Assembly: GCA_043228905.1 (NCBI GenBank)
Contig: JBHGNT010000005.1
Coordinates: 8,246,001-8,310,000, forward strand
Source of the DNA: Azolla caroliniana
Lineage: Eukaryota > Plantae > Polypodiophyta
Reading direction: 5' to 3'
Length of the DNA: 64,000 bases
Every line of letters begins with the position of its first letter. The stretch's first letter is position 1. Under the pieces are notes generated by a model. It saw only the letters and a list, made by a program, of their open reading frames with translations. It was not told the origin of the DNA and did not search any database. Positions 1 to 11,389 of this stretch are shown here, in pieces. The translations under genes and the position numbers were made by a program.

Positions 1-2
1 GC

Positions 3-3000
3 AAGAAACCCGGACACATCAAAGCCGACTGCCGCGCACTCAAGAACAAGAACGACAAGTCTCAGAAATCAGACAAGAAGAGTGGCCGGCATGAGGAGAT
101 CAATTACGTCAGCTTCTCAGCTGATGTGCTACCAAACGACCCGAATATACTATCAATCGAAAATCCAGTCGGATCAGAAGTTCTGCTCACGACTGAAGAA
201 TCGAGCACATGGCTCTTAGATTCGGGCGCGTCATTTCACGTGACTCCTCATCGATCCCAATTTCGGCAATATACGATCCGTCACTCCGACTCAGTTCGAG
301 TCGGCAACTCGCAACACTGTGACATCATTGGAATCGGCACAGTAGAGCTCAACCTTGCAGGTGGCTCTACACTTGTACTTCACAATGTCCGACATGTACC
401 CGAGCTCTCAAGACCATTGATCTCAGTCGGACAACTAGATGAAGACGGCATTCATGCCGGTTTTTCTTCGGGAGGGTGGACACTCCACAGGGGGAACCTC
501 CTGCTTGCTAGAGGACCCAAGATACACTCATTGTATCCGTTACATGTTACGCTCAGAGAGGGTAACCTGTTTTTGGTGGATATACCTGTGTCATCACTAT
601 GGCACAGAAGATTAGGACACCTCAGCAAGGCCGGCATTACGCACCTATCTAGAGCCGGATACATCCCTAAACTCTCCTTCTCGGACCATCAATTCTGCGA
701 ACATTGCCAGTATGGCAAACAAGCAGCCGCATCACACCCGACATCAGCACCAAGAGAAACGAGACCTCTCGATTTAGTCCACTCGGACGTCTGTGGCCCA
801 ATGCCGCATCAGTCTCTCGGCGGTGCCTCTTACTTCGTCAGTTTTATTTACGATTCAACTCGAAAGGTGTGGGCTTATCCAATTCGCACCAAAGATCGTG
901 TCTTCTCGATCTTCTCCGATTGGCTCGCTATGGTAGAAAATCAAACTGACCGAAAACTGAAATGCTTTCGGACCGACAATGGGGGAGAGTTCAAATCAGA
1001 AGAATTCGTCAAATTCTGCCGACAACGCGGCATCCGACGTGAATTTACGGCACCACACAGTCCGGAGCAAAACGGGATTGCAGAACGCATGAATCGGACA
1101 ATCCAAGAACGGATAGTTTCCATGCTCCAACACTCCGGACTGTCGGATGGCTTCTGGGCAGAGGCTCTACTCACGGCAGTACACATAATCAATATGTCGC
1201 CAAGCAGACCTCTAGGACTTCAAATTCCTCAGGAACTATGGATCGGCAGTAAGCCGAATTACGACAAGCTGAGGATCTTCGGATGCGAGGCGTACGCCCT
1301 TATTCCGAAAGATGATCGTCGAAAACTTGCACCTCGGTCCAGGAAATGCATTTTCCTTGGATATGGATCAGACGGCGAAATGGGATACCGACTCTGGGAC
1401 CCCGAACGCAGACAAATCGTTCGAAGTTCGGACGTTGTGTTCAACGAGTCGGCTATGAATCCATCAGTCGAAAAACCGATCGAAGTCCGAAGGGTAACAT
1501 TTTCCGATGTGCCGACCCTTCAAGAAGGCCCCGCTCTCAACACACGGTCAGCTTCACGGGTAGCTGAACCTTACACTACCGACTCGGACAACTCTGACTC
1601 GGCACATCAGAATAATTCGCTTTCGGACCATCCGACCTCGATACCCGATACGACCAGTCCAATCATACCTCGACGATCCGAGAGACTGTCGCAACCTCCG
1701 GAGAGGTATTCTCCTGGAATTTTCTTCACCGACGCCGGCGAACCGACGTCTTACGAAGAAGCATCGACATCTGTCGATTCAACCACCTGGCATCTGGCGA
1801 TGGAGTCGGAAATGCACTCCATTCGGGCAAACAAGTCTTGGGATCTGGTCGAATTACCTAAGAATCGACGTGCTCTTCCTTGCAAGTGGGTTTATCGACT
1901 AAAAGAGACGTCTGATTCGACCACCCCAAAGTACAAGGCCAGATTAGTTGCGAAGGGCTTCCGACAAGAATATGGCGTCTACTTCGACGAGATTTTTTCA
2001 CCAGTGGTGAAAATGACAACCCTTCGTTTTCTACTCGGCGTAGTGGCAGCCGACAACTTGGAGCTGATTCAGCTAGATGTCAAAACAGCCTTCCTCCATG
2101 GTGATCTTGAAGAGGAAATTTATATGGAGCAGCCAAAAGGCTTCGTGGCAACTGGCCAAGAACATCTAGTCTGCCGACTCAGGAAGAGTCTATACGGCCT
2201 CAAACAGGCACCGCGACAATGGTACAAGGAGTTCGACGACTTCATCCAATCGATCGGCTTCTCAAAAAGCGATGAGGACCATTGTCTTTTTACCAACACA
2301 GCTCAAGATGGATCACCCATCTTCCTCATCATTTACGTGGACGACATGCTAATTTCTGGACGCCACGCGGGCGAACTTGCCGATCTCATTCGGCAATTGC
2401 GGTTGAAGTTTGCCATGAAGGACCTCGGTCCTGCACGACACATACTTGGCATGAAGATTAGTCGGCATCGCGATAAACGACATCTTTTTTTGTCTCAGAC
2501 CGACTATATCGGACGTGTCTTGGAACGCTTCAACATGCAATCAGCCAAATCTGCTTCAACCCCGCTCCCCATGAATCTTCGGCTCTCTCAGCGAGACTGC
2601 CCGACATCCGGTCCGGAGGGGGAAGATATGAAGTCGGTACCGTATGCACCGGCAGTCGGCTCCCTTATGTACCTGATGGTCGCGACACGGCCTGATATTT
2701 CTCATGCCGTAGGAGTCGTTAGCAGATTTATGCACAATCCTGGCCGATCGCATTGGAACGCAGTCAAGCATGTGTTCAAATATCTGGCTGGCACAAAAGA
2801 CCACGGCATTCTTTTCGGTCCGAACTCAACCTCAGGCGTAGTCGATTACACCGACTCGGACTTCGCCGGCTGTATAGACAGTCGGAAATCAACAACTGGA
2901 TACTGCTTCAAATTCGGTAATGGAGCAATTTCGTGGAAGTCGAAACTTCAGGAGTGCACAGCGACCTCAACGACCGAAGCAGAATATGTAGCTGCGTCCG

Positions 3001-3317
3001 ACGCTGCAAAAGAAGCTTTGTGGCTCGGCCGGCTGGCGCACACGTTTCGACAAGTCGACCATGACTCGGCCCCAGTTGTCTACAGCGACAGTCAAGGTGC
3101 TGTTGCCTTGTCGAAAAATCCGGTTCACCACAACGCCTCCAAACATATCGACGTTCGATATCACTTCGTTCGGGACTGCGTCATTTCAGGGAAAATCGGT
3201 CTAGAGAAAATATCGACAACCGACAATGTCGCAGATGGAATGACCAAGTGTCTTTCGGCAGACCGCTTTCGGTCCCTTCGGCATCAGATGGGCGTAACGA
3301 CAAATCAGTCCGGTTAG
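3..3317 (+). CDS. Copia gag-pol polyprotein (5'-partial)
   Basis: Frame is open from base 3 (zinc-knuckle end KKPGHIKADC). Motifs: protease WLLDSGAS, integrase [47 protein letters not shown] and YVDD, RNase H YTDSDFAG and SKHIDVRYH. No stops. Confidence 0.95.
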   Translation, partial: KKPGHIKADCRALKNKNDKSQKSDKKSGRHEEINYVSFSADVLPNDPNILSIENPVGSEVLLTTEESSTWLLDSGASFHVTPHRSQFRQYTIRHSDSVRVGNSQHCDIIGIGTVELNLAGGSTLVLHNVRHVPELSRPLISVGQLDEDGIHAGFSSGGWTLHRGNLLLARGPKIHSLYPLHVTLREGNLFLVDIPVSSLWHRRLGHLSKAGITHLSRAGYIPKLSFSDHQFCEHCQYGKQAAASHPTSAPRETRPLDLVHSDVCGPMPHQSLGGASYFVSFIYDSTRKVWAYPIRTKDRVFSIFSDWLAMVENQTDRKLKCFRTDNGGEFKSEEFVKFCRQRGIRREFTAPHSPEQNGIAERMNRTIQERIVSMLQHSGLSDGFWAEALLTAVHIINMSPSRPLGLQIPQELWIGSKPNYDKLRIFGCEAYALIPKDDRRKLAPRSRKCIFLGYGSDGEMGYRLWDPERRQIVRSSDVVFNESAMNPSVEKPIEVRRVTFSDVPTLQEGPALNTRSASRVAEPYTTDSDNSDSAHQNNSLSDHPTSIPDTTSPIIPRRSERLSQPPERYSPGIFFTDAGEPTSYEEASTSVDSTTWHLAMESEMHSIRANKSWDLVELPKNRRALPCKWVYRLKETSDSTTPKYKARLVAKGFRQEYGVYFDEIFSPVVKMTTLRFLLGVVAADNLELIQLDVKTAFLHGDLEEEIYMEQPKGFVATGQEHLVCRLRKSLYGLKQAPRQWYKEFDDFIQSIGFSKSDEDHCLFTNTAQDGSPIFLIIYVDDMLISGRHAGELADLIRQLRLKFAMKDLGPARHILGMKISRHRDKRHLFLSQTDYIGRVLERFNMQSAKSASTPLPMNLRLSQRDCPTSGPEGEDMKSVPYAPAVGSLMYLMVATRPDISHAVGVVSRFMHNPGRSHWNAVKHVFKYLAGTKDHGILFGPNSTSGVVDYTDSDFAGCIDSRKSTTGYCFKFGNGAISWKSKLQECTATSTTEAEYVAASDAAKEALWLGRLAHTFRQVDHDSAPVVYSDSQGAVALSKNPVHHNASKHIDVRYHFVRDCVISGKIGLEKISTTDNVADGMTKCLSADRFRSLRHQMGVTTNQSG

Positions 3318-3510
3318 AGCCGGACACAGCGCAGGATGGTTTCCGACAACCGACATCAGTTCCTTAATGATCGGCTTCAACTCTTCCGACCCGACCAGTC
3401 CGGTCTTCTGCCTTCGGACCCTGCCGACTTGAACAAAACTGATATGTCCGAGAACCTAGGTTTATACCTGTAATCTTAGATAACCCATGTATACGCCCAT
3501 TACGGGGGAG

Positions 3511-3805
3511 TGTCGAATACAAGTGTATAATGGATGTATTCATACTATCTCTTTGTATAGATCAAGTTTGGGCCATTTGTGTAATTAGCATAAATGGTAG
3601 TTGCCCTAAGTCGGTCACTATATAAAGTGACCTTGTAACCTTTTTGTAAGGTTGGTTGTATTATTCTTTTCTATTGAATAAAGAGTCTTTTGTGCCTCTC
3701 TCTCTCTCTCTCTCTCTTTCTCTCTGTCTCTGTGCACGATCTTGCAAACTGTCATACGCAGGTACTCAACACTAATCGAATGCTGCTTGATCTTCCGCAT
3801 CGACA
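3511..3805 (+). repeat. 3' LTR of Copia A
   Basis: Follows the PPT, has inverted termini TGTCGA/TCGACA, an internal TATATAAA, an AATAAA and a (CT)n tract, and CTTCCGCA just before the 3' end as in LTR B. Confidence 0.85.
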
Positions 3806-3822
3806 CGGCCTTGTCTCCAACA

Positions 3823-6416
3823 CGTGGATCTACCTCATCGAACGGAAGAGCAAAGTCTTCGAATGTTTTCGGAACTTGCAAAGCTTAGTTGAACGGGAAA
3901 CGGAGAGGAAGGTCAAGTGCTTGCGGTCAGATGGCAGAAAAGAATACTTCTCCGGCCAATTCAATAGTTATCTGCAACAAAACGGAATTCGGAGAGAATT
4001 CAGCTGCAGATACACACTGAAGCAAAACGGTGTGGCCGAAAGGAAGAACCGGTCGATTGTCGACGCGGTAAGGGCAATGCTAGAGGAGAAGAGCATGCCC
4101 CAATTCTACTGGGTTGAGGCGGTCCGAACGGCCATCTACATCCAAAACTGGATCAAAGACAAGGTGTCAACACATGAACTGTATTTCGGGCGGAAGCCGA
4201 ATTTGAGGCACCTTCGGATATTCGGTAGCATAGCATTTGTGCATGTACTGGATGAGAAGCGGAAGAAGGTCGATCTGAAGTCGAAGAAGTGCATCCTAGT
4301 CGGTTACTCGCATGAGCAAAAAGGGTATAAGTGTTATAACCTCCGGACTAAGCAGGTCCCAGTAAGCCAAGATGTTGAGTTCGACGAGACGGCATCATGG
4401 TACTCTCTACCAACTCTGACTTTCGACTCAAACCCAATCCCGGAGTATGAGGCAAGTGAGCCAGAACCGGTCCAAATAGAAGATGACGACCTTGAGACTC
4501 TAGAAGAGAGTCCAAAATCGTTTCGGTTGAGCGGACCGAACGAGCGACTGGGTCAAAGTGACCAGTTGGATGAGGAACCGGCAAGTAGTGGAGACACTGT
4601 CGTGCTCTCCCCACGCAAGGAACCGAGGAGATGGTTCACGCGCAAAGAGAAGGGGAAGAAGAAGATGTCAAAATACGAAACCGGCAACGTTGAGTCGGAT
4701 CGGAGCGAATCCGACTCTAGAAAGGATGGAGGTGGATCTTCGGGAATGAAGTCCAAACAAGCCAAGAAGGGCCCCAAACCAATCTTCCCGCCAAAAGAAC
4801 CTCGTTACGCGGTACGGGTACAATGAGTACATGGCGCATCACTATGCGTACATGACCAAAGTGACGGAAGTGCATGAGCCAGAGAGCTATGTAGAAGCGG
4901 CAAAGGACGCAAATTGACGTGTTGCTATGGAGTAAGAAATGCGGGCACTCAATGCCAACGACACATGGGACCTCATTGACCCTCCCCGACACTGTAAACT
5001 GCTCGGTTGCAAATGGGTGTACAAGGTAAAGTACAATGTTGATGGTTCGGTTAACCGGTACAAGGCCCGGTTAGTGGCGAAGGGATACGCACAGACCCAG
5101 GAATCGATTACAACGAGACCTTCGCTCCGGTAGCGAAGATGACGACGGTTCATGTGGTACTGGCGGTTGTTGCAGCAAGGAGGTGGCATCTTCACCAGAT
5201 GGACGTGAAGAATGTGTTTCTTGAAGGTGACCTTGATGAATAGGTCTATATGATCCAACCTCCCGGTTTTCAGTCGGAGAGGAACAAGCGGCAGTGTGTC
5301 GGCTTAAAAAGTCACTTTACGGCCTGAAACAAGCCCCCCGAGCTTGGAATGCGAAGATCATGCACCGGTTGCGTAAGATGGGGTTTGTGACCTCTAAATT
5401 CGACTCATCGTTGTTCATCCGACAAAGTCCGGATGGTTCGGTTTGCATCTTACTTTATGTAGATGATTTAGTCATCACTGGGCCTGGACTCAATGAAATC
5501 GGCCATGTCGAGGCCCAGCTGTCGGACGCATTTGAGATGAAGGATCTGGGGGACCTTCATTATTTCCTTGGGATCGAGGTGATCCGAACCCCCGATGGCA
5601 TATTGCTCTCACAATGACACTATATGTTGAATATGTTGTACAAGTTCGGCATGACGGAATGTCGACTTGTCTCCACACCCCTAGACCGGAACCAGAAGCT
5701 CCGTCCCAACTCCGGATCGGCCTGCGATGAGAAACGGTTCCGACAAATAGTCGGAAGCCTGATATACTTGACAATCACCTGGCCTGACATCAATTATCCG
5801 GTCGGTGTGATCAGCCAATTCATGCATAAGCCGACCGTGGAGCACCTTCAGTGTGCGCATCAAATATTGTGGTATGTGAGTGGCACGAAGGACCGGGGAC
5901 TGTTATACCGACATGGTATAACTGCAGAGCTAGTCAGATACACAGATGCCGACTGGGCTAGTGATGCATCGGATCGCCGATCCACCTCCAGTTACATGTT
6001 TTCTCTAGGTAGCATGGTTGTTGCATGGAGCAGCAAAAAGCAGCCAATAGTGGCTCTGTTGAGCACTGAGGCTAAGTACCGGGGCGCTACCAATGCCACC
6101 TGTGAAGCCATCTGGCTTCGTAGACTGTTGCGAGATCTCTGGATCGAGGTGCCGACCTCGATCCTAATCTACTGCGACAACATAAGCAGCATACAGCTCG
6201 CCAAGAACCCCGTATTCCATGCTCGAACAAAGCACATAGAAGTGCATTATCACTTTGTGCGTGAGCGAATCCTAAGCGGTGAAGTCAAACTTCGGTATGT
6301 TTAGACTGATCGACAAGTTGCCAACATCTTCACCAACCGCTCGGATCGGACAAGTTGCAGCACTTCACCGAAATGCTTGGTGTTCAGCATCTCGACGTGG
6401 TGCACTTGAGGGGGAG
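3823..6416 (+). pseudogene. Disrupted Copia pol (integrase core, RT, RNase H)
   Basis: [43 protein letters not shown] and RTKHIEVHYH, with several in-frame stops and frameshifts. Confidence 0.92.
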
Positions 6417-7039
6417 AAATTAGAATCGGCAAAGGCAAAGAAACTACTGATGGCACCGGAAAAGGAACCAGAAAGGGAAGAACCAATAAAGGGGGAGACA
6501 AGAGGAAAAAGGAAGCCGAGTCGACGAAGGAAGTCGACACATCCGAACAAGTCGGAACGAGCGGCAACGGCGGCAAAGTCAAGAAGGACAGAGTTGACCG
6601 GAAGGAGAAGGCCAAGACCCAGACATGGTCTGATGTGGTGAAGGGCATGAAACCGGAAGACGAGTTGAAGAACATCGACTCTGACAAGAGCGGGAACGAA
6701 TCGGAGACAGCCGATTCGCTTCAACTGTTGGATTCGGAGGAGCCGGATCAATTAAAGGCCAAGCGGACACGGATACAGCGGAAGTCGACGCCAACACGAA
6801 GGAACCAACGGGTCAACAAGCACCGGAGTCGAAGCAGTGAGGGAGCTGAAATGGGCCTATTGAGTAGATAAGCCGACCGAGGAGGTCGAGGTGCACAGAA
6901 CCAGAAGGGTCGCGGCAAACAAGATCGGACCAGATGAGGAGCGTGAGGGCGGAGCGATGCTAGAAGGAGCCAGGTAGAAGAACCGGTTGCCACGGACACT
7001 AACACCACGATCCGACCTCAAGTTGAGCTTGAGGGGGAG

Positions 7040-7520
7040 TGTTGAGCGAGCAAGCTCAACTGGATCCGGATCGGCTGAATAAGCCTGAGCCAGATCAGCA
7101 TCCAGAAGGATGAGCCGGATTGGTATCTAGATGGTATCCGGAAACAACCGGCCGGATCAGGGAGACGGATCAGAGAGCCGGATTCGAGCAGGAACTGGAA
7201 GCCTAGTAGTAGCCGAGACTACTAGGTAATCATTGTCTCGTAGTTAGTGTCAGTCGCACGTAGGAATATTGAAGTACCTATCAGTACTTCTGTCAGTACT
7301 TCTGTCGGTCCTTTATGGACTTGTATGAATAGTGTTGTTTAGCACGTTGTATGTACAGAGTTACAAAGTATTTTTATTTTTGAATCTATGTTTACGTTCT
7401 GCTCTCTCTGTCTCTCCCACATATACTCTCTATGTACTAAGCTTCTCCATTAAACCTTCATCTTATTCTTTGTTGCTATCCGGCTGAGCCGGTTCTGTCT
7501 AACGCTTCCGCACATTAACA
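7040..7520 (+). repeat. 3' LTR of Copia B
   Basis: TGTTGA...TTAACA termini immediately after the PPT; ends CTTCCGCACATTAACA. Confidence 0.82.
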
Positions 7521-7647
7521 TTCACAATTAGTAATTGTCCAGTTAGGTTAAAATTGATATAAATCTAATCTTCATGACCCAACTTAGATATATTTTCCCA
7601 CTTCTTCTTTTTTAAATGGGTCTTTTGAGAATCTTTCGGACCATTCG

Positions 7648-10600
7648 ATGAAGAAAATTAAGCTAAAATATCAAAACTCACCGGTGGAGAACCCAAAACA
7701 ACCAGTTGCACATAATGTGAAAAAGGGAAAGAAACAACTTTTTCACGATGACATTAGGGAACAACCGTCTAACGAAGTTAGTCAAAAGGAGATGGTTGCA
7801 GCAATTGGTGGGGAGGACCTACCTGACCGTGATTTGACAAACAACGAGCGGTGCATGCAATATGTCAACTCGAAAAAGAAAGTTGTCCTATTTACCGCAA
7901 AAAAGAAGGGGGATGGTCAACTTATTAAAGAGAAACCCTTTACTTATGGCCGATTATTACGCCTTGACTACGACAACGCCGATTCCCTCAATCTTATCGT
8001 AATGGTGGACTATTCGAAGGGAGTCTGAAAAATGTTTCTGTCAGAAGATCAGCTTGTTAAGGATTCATGTGGTCCCGAATCTTTTAAAGTCGCCATCGAA
8101 ACTTCACAAAATCTTATAACAACATTAAGACCATATATACAAGGCCATATAACTCTGAAGGATGCATCGCCATCTCCGGTGAAGGCCCCACAAAAGGGCT
8201 CAAAGATGCAGTGGAGACCGGCAAAGAAAAAGATCACAAAGATGTCAGAGTCTGAATCATCAAGTTCAATAGATGAGGAGGAAACTCGGGCCACACCAGG
8301 TGTTGAGCTAGCATCTTGTGTTCTTTCTTCTGAGCAGAACAAGATTCGAAGATAGTTAATGCAAAAGAAACTTGTGAGAAAAGGTCAAGTCTTCAATTTG
8401 CGTATAACACACATTCGTAGGCCACTAGTAGATGTTAATACAAGACGAAGACCACTTGAGATTCGAGAGCCACATAGAATGCATGTTCAATATCTCAAGA
8501 AAAAAATGCAAATAAATCCACATGCCACAGTTGTACCATTTTTCGTAATGGTGGATCCTAACAAATGTTCTGCAATTGAGTATTTTGATGTGAGAAAGCA
8601 CGATCAATACAATTACTTTGTAATTGGTGGATCACATTCGGCTAAAGCACGACGGCAACTTGTAAGAGAGCACCCAACCACTTTTTTCTTCAAGTATGCC
8701 GAGTGTAAAATATACATGGACCTCACAACTGAAGAGGCAAAACTCTTGGCATGGAACCACAACAATGACAATGACTACCGGCAAAAAATGTTGTCCATCG
8801 CGCAGATAAGGTTCTTCCACCATCAATACTTGGACGTCAAACAAAAGTTCGATGTAAAGCTTCACTACTGACTCCGACGTCAATGTCTTCGTGAGGTCGG
8901 CATTGTTGGTGATGATAATGTTAAGTCAAATGGTCTTCGTAAGTACGAGTCATGGTTTCAACTAGTAGTCTTTAGAGATGGGGAAGTCTGGAACCTTCAA
9001 GATCAAATTTTCTCAATATGGGAGAATAAGGAGGTCAAGGGTCAACGGAAAAAAAGGTAGAGAAGACCCCCATCTCGAATTGAAATCACAAGCGGCGAAG
9101 AACATCAACCTGACAATTGAAGAAGCAGCAGATGACATGAAGTTGTCTCTATGGAGAGCAATGCAAGGTATTAAGGATGAGCCGCTATTAGTGTCAGTGT
9201 TGTCAATGGTTATGGCCAAAGAATTGAGCCTAGAAGAGATGGTCACAACAAGTAAGTCTTGTCAAATAGTTAAATGAAACAGTTATGGTTTTATATAAAG
9301 TTCTAATATCTATTGGTGATTTCATAGTCATAAGATATATATGAAAATCCAAGAAGTTATGATGAAACAACTTGGATGTATAACTTGGGAACAAGTGACT
9401 GAGGATTATCCTCTAACGTCTTCATATAAAGCGTTATTTGAGTATTTCATTGCATTCAAGGATTGGGTTAGTATTCGTCTTTATAAGAATGATTTCTTAA
9501 TATGTAAATGTTGTGTATTAATAGTCGATGCCTTATTTTCTCTATTAGAAACCTTGTCGTGGCAAGAAACTAGGAGAAGTCAAGGATATACACAACTTTC
9601 CAGCATCCTTCCTTGCACATCTCGAGAGAGCCAGAAAAGAAAAAGATCGTCACTTAGTCAAGGCGTATGAAATTGAAGAAGAAGGCTCCTTCAAAAAATT
9701 TAGCCACAAGAAAGACATTACAAAATATCTCTACTATAATGTGATATGTGGCAATGATCCAGAAAGTGCCAAAGAAATACTATACACTTTTCATTGCAGA
9801 TATACCTTATGGATTTCGAATGGCTGGAAATGAACCTTTTAGGTTCAAACAATTACAAAAATGGTTAAAGATTTTGCTAAACTGACGATTGCATCCTTGA
9901 GGAGGATAGTTGTGTTTCATAGCATGGACCAAGGGTACTTAGTAGCTCAAGTGTTCAGAATTCGTTCCCACGGCATCGAGAACCTTGCTTGGTAAGGATT
10001 ATTTTATAAGTCTCATTCACCATACTTTCGTTCTTAATTTATCAAATCTATTCTTAACTCATCTACTATTCATTATAGGATAAAAACCAACGTGAATAGA
10101 GACCAATCTTTCGGTTCGTAAATGCAATTGAGTACATTACGGTTAGTTACTTCGACGAAATAAAGAAACAAAAAATCAAGGAGCACTCTAATGAAGTTGG
10201 AGGTTCAAACCTATTGATATATCCAACAGTCACATGCAAATTGTGACATGTCACCACGACAGAACGGGGACTTGTCAACCCATACCAAAAACCTTAACGA
10301 CGTATGATGCGCTTGATCAAAATGTTCTCGAACAAAGGAGATTGGATATTAGACCTATTTTATGGCACAGGTATCCTTTGAATTGGGTTTAGGTTGCTGA
10401 TATAGTCAATACTGATTCTTATGGTTAGATAACTGAGTCTTCTTGCCCATTTCTTTACAGGTACAACATTTGCATGCGCATTGAAGCTCTTCAGAAATAC
10501 AGTAGCATTGGAGAAGGACGAGAAGCAGGTTATATTTATAAATATGAGGATTAAGGCCTTGTGGGAATGCCCAGACCATGACGAGGAGGTGGGTGCAAAG

Positions 10601-10813
10601 CATATCACTCATACATAATGGTTTCAATCGGCTTCCCAAGAGCCTATTCCTCCGTTAGCTAGGGAACCAGGGAAGTTAATTGAGCTTGATGGCGAGCTTA
10701 CAGAAGATCTTACGGTTGCTGAGCTAACAGGGGAAGACAATGCATAGATAGTTGATGGGACTTCTCTAAGGGAAGATGGTGATAATGACGTTGATAATTT
10801 GATTGCTATGTAA
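7648..10813 (+). pseudogene. Decayed multi-exon gene: ParB/Srx-like domain fused to a beta-class N4-cytosine/N6-adenine DNA methyltransferase
   Basis: ORFs 7648-8028, 8032-8355 and 8359-8871 share one frame, split by single stops. ParB-like segment YFVIGGSHSAKARRQL..AECKIYMDLTTEEAKLLAWNHN (~8614-8763). MTase motifs: FIADIPYG (DIPYG 9799-9813), LAW^IKTN, VNPYQKP*RRMMRLIKMFSNKGDWILDLFYGT(G^)TTFACALKLFRNTVALEKD (10274-10520). GT-AG introns at ~9252-9327, 9467-9548, 9992-10078 and 10371-10460. Confidence 0.8.
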
Positions 10814-11009
10814 TAGAATGTTTTTTTGATGAAGTGTAAACTTATGAATTCCAAGTTCTAATATAATTTTGGGTTCTTCCATTTGTGTAGTCCATTGTTT
10901 ACATTGTTCTATATGTTTCAATTATATTCCTATACACTTGGTTTGTTGCCTTATGACTTCAGAAAGTTAAATCTATATGAATGTTATTCAATTATTGTGT
11001 ACGGGAACC

Positions 11010-11175
11010 TTACTTAACCTTAAGCGTGATTTCGCGCATATATTGTTGACTCTAATATGGAGAAACATGATTTACTTAACCTTAAGCCTAATTTGGCGCA
11101 TCTATTGTTGTCTCTAATATGGAGAAACATGAATTACTTAACCTTAAGCCTGAGTTTGAGCATATGAGAAACATG
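11010..11175. repeat. Tandem repeat, 62-bp period, ~2.6 copies
   Basis: TTACTTAACCTTAAGC recurs at 11010, 11072 and 11134, followed by ..GCGCAT.TATTGTTG.CTCTAATATGGAGAAACATGA. Confidence 0.85.
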
Positions 11176-11389
11176 CCTTATTGATAGTGACAAATCTTCC
11201 AAGTCAAAGTTTACCTGAACATATTATCCCCATTGCCATGTGTTGCTCACAAACATGTGGAGATTCTCAGTTTGGAGACTTTCAAGACTATCGATGTCGG
11301 TGATGTGAATGGTCATCAAGATTGTCGAAGTGGTTAACTGAGATCGGTTGTCGAGACTATCAAATTGTGTCTAATATATAATTGTCCAT

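Larger units (their letters stand above)
1..3805 (+). mobile_element. Ty1/Copia LTR retrotransposon A (5' part outside window), apparently inserted into Copia element B
   Basis: Uninterrupted gag-end/PR/IN/RT/RH frame in Copia order, PPT GGGGGAG ending at 3510, and a 3' LTR TGTCGA...TCGACA at 3511-3805. Confidence 0.95.
3806..7520 (+). mobile_element. Degenerate Ty1/Copia element B (from mid-integrase to 3' LTR)
   Basis: IN/RT/RH fragments in ORFs 3823-4826, 4939-5133, 5294-5617 and 5624-6304, with stops and frameshifts. PPT GAGGGGGAG at 7031-7039, then an LTR. Confidence 0.92.

Noticed and set aside
3690-3822. N-terminal hydrophobic extension of the 378-aa ORF
   Set aside because: It is read-through from the (CT)n tract of Copia A's LTR into Copia B's integrase, not a real protein start.
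7648-10813. Bacterial restriction-modification or partition operon contaminant
   Set aside because: Motif-splitting GT-AG introns, flanking plant retroelements and the lack of operon structure indicate a nuclear eukaryotic locus.
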